A stretch of 63,593 bases of DNA, the filler included, from Octopus bimaculoides (Eukaryota): assembly GCF_001194135.2 (NCBI RefSeq). It is 6 parts of 5 records of this genome, joined end to end, with 100 filler letters (N's around TTAATTAATTAA, not from the genome) between each part and the next. Parts side by side here need not be neighbours in the genome. Positions count along the whole stretch, not along the records: positions 62,053 to 63,593 come from NC_068987.1; 5 more parts are not named here. One strand, written 5' to 3'. A model generated the notes under the pieces. It was given only the letters and a program-made list of their open reading frames with translations, searched no databases and had not been told where the DNA came from. Positions 62,174 to 63,593 of the stretch are shown here, in pieces. Positions within the stretch are counted from its first letter, which is position 1, and every line of letters begins with the position of its first letter. The position numbers and the translations under genes were made by a program.

Positions 62174-62435
62174 GCGGGAGTGCCATGATAGTAGTATGTT
62201 AAATGGTCAAGTGCCTTGAAAGTGACCCGTTGTGGATGGTAGTAGTAATTGAATTCCTGAGACGTCCCTTCTGAATGCTTTGCTTATAAAATTTGCGTAG
62301 GTGTTATTCTAAACAGCAACAGTGGTAACGTTAAGAAGGAGGTGGCGGAGAAGAAGAAGACGAAGAAGAAGAAGAAAGAGAAGGGGGGGATAAGAAGGAA
62401 TGTAGGTAGTATGATAGTAGTAAGGTGTTAAATGG
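62174..62435 (-). repeat. Left arm of inverted repeat (partner 63168-63478)
   Basis: gcgggagtgccat..atagtag.atgttaaat.gtcaa.tgcc.tgaaagtgacccgttgtggatggtagtag...; flanked by (GAA)n. Confidence 0.9.
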
Positions 62436-63030
62436 ACAACGCTCTCAACAATGAAGCCTTCGACACTATCTTTCAAAACATTCCCCTGCTAATAAAGGAC
62501 CACAGAATGAACGTAATCCTCCAAACACACACCATCATAAAAAGAAAATCTATGAAAAGTCTCCTAACACAAGCCCGAAAACGCTCAACAACAACAACAC
62601 AGAAGCCGTCAGCAAAAAATCCGGAAGATCCAACTGTGGGATATGCATCAATTTAATTGAAGGATCAGAGTTCTCCTTCAAACAGGGACAACGGTTCACA
62701 GTGAAAAGCAACTTCACATGTGCTTCGGAGAACCTGATATAGGCACTAACCTGCTCTGGGTGTCAAGAGTAATAAATACATAGGCCAAACAAAAAACAGT
62801 CTACGTAAAAGAATTGCTCTGCACAGATTCCAGATCAAAATTCCCCAAAACAGAAAAATAGCGTTCAGCCAACACATAAACATTTGCGCCAATAACAAAA
62901 ATCCAAGATTCAGAATCTTTCTCCTCTCCCAATTCAGGGACGATACAACTTGTAGCCGACGAATTAGTAAAGAGACTCTCTTTATTACAAAATACAGACA
63001 CGTTTTGAACGTGTCTACAACAAACGACAT
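62436..63030 (+). mobile_element. Penelope-like element ORF fragment with GIY-YIG endonuclease (frameshifted)
   Basis: NCGIC...FTVKSNFTCASENLI*ALTCSGCQE / YIGQTKNSLRKRIALHRFQIK...FSQHINICA...E.LFI.KY. Confidence 0.85.
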
Positions 63031-63167
63031 ATCCACCACGGCCTTAGAATAACACAAACACACACGCAAATATTAGAAATGATGCACTCAAGAGATTTCC
63101 AGAATTCATTAAAAAACAGTCCCAATCACTGCTATAATCCATAACGAGCCACCTTTAGGTCACTTGA

Positions 63168-63478
63168 CCATTTAACACCTTACTACTATCGTACTACTTA
63201 CATTCCTTCTTCTTCTTCTTCTTCTTCTTCTTCTTCTTCTTCTTCTTCTTCTTCTTCTTCTTCTTCTTCTTCTTCTTCTTCTTCTTCTTCGTATTCTTCC
63301 TCTCCTCCACCTCCTTTCTAACTTTACCACTATTACTGTTTAGAATAACACCCACGCAAATTTTATAAACAAGATATTCAAAAGAGATATTTCAGGAATT
63401 CAATTCCTACTACCATCCACAACGGGTCACTTTCAGGGCATTTGACGATTTAACATGCTACTATAATGGCACTCCCGC
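63168..63478 (+). repeat. Right arm of inverted repeat / PLE 3' tail, followed by (TTC)n
   Basis: Reverse complement of 62174-62435 with a longer internal (TTC)n. Confidence 0.9.
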
Positions 63479-63593
63479 ATTCTTCTTCTTCTTCTTCTTC
63501 TTCTTCTTCTTCTTCTTCTTCTTCTTCTTCTTCTTCTTCTTCTTCTTCTTCTTCTTCTTCTTCTTCTTCTTCTTCTTCTTCTTCTTCTTCTTC

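Overview
Eukaryotic, AT-rich, gapped draft-scaffold sequence. Repeat content and the zinc-finger gene strongly resemble an octopus (coleoid cephalopod) genome; this is inferred from sequence style, not from a search. Most supplied ORFs are microsatellite or N-gap artefacts. Host-gene content I can support: (1) two phase-1 exons (6234-6058 and 2184-2074, minus strand) of a divergent SLC35F6-like nucleotide-sugar-transporter-family gene, with a decayed out-of-order copy of a later exon (4618-4349) in the intron between them; (2) a single-exon C2H2 zinc-finger array (40906-41982, plus) with two decayed fingers past its stop. The rest is mostly transposon remains: three tRNA-type SINE families, RTE LINEs, R4/Dong-like and HERO-like restriction-endonuclease LINEs, a CR1/L2-like end, Penelope-like GIY-YIG fragments, a Tc1/mariner relic and two hAT derivatives, plus mini- and microsatellites. 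The most interesting signal is a ~305 bp fold-back element (34745-35049; two ~114 bp inverted arms) whose spacer holds a near-canonical minimal type-I hammerhead ribozyme. Further degenerate hammerhead-like motifs lie at ~950 and ~26600, and a second inverted-end Penelope-like structure at 62174-63478.
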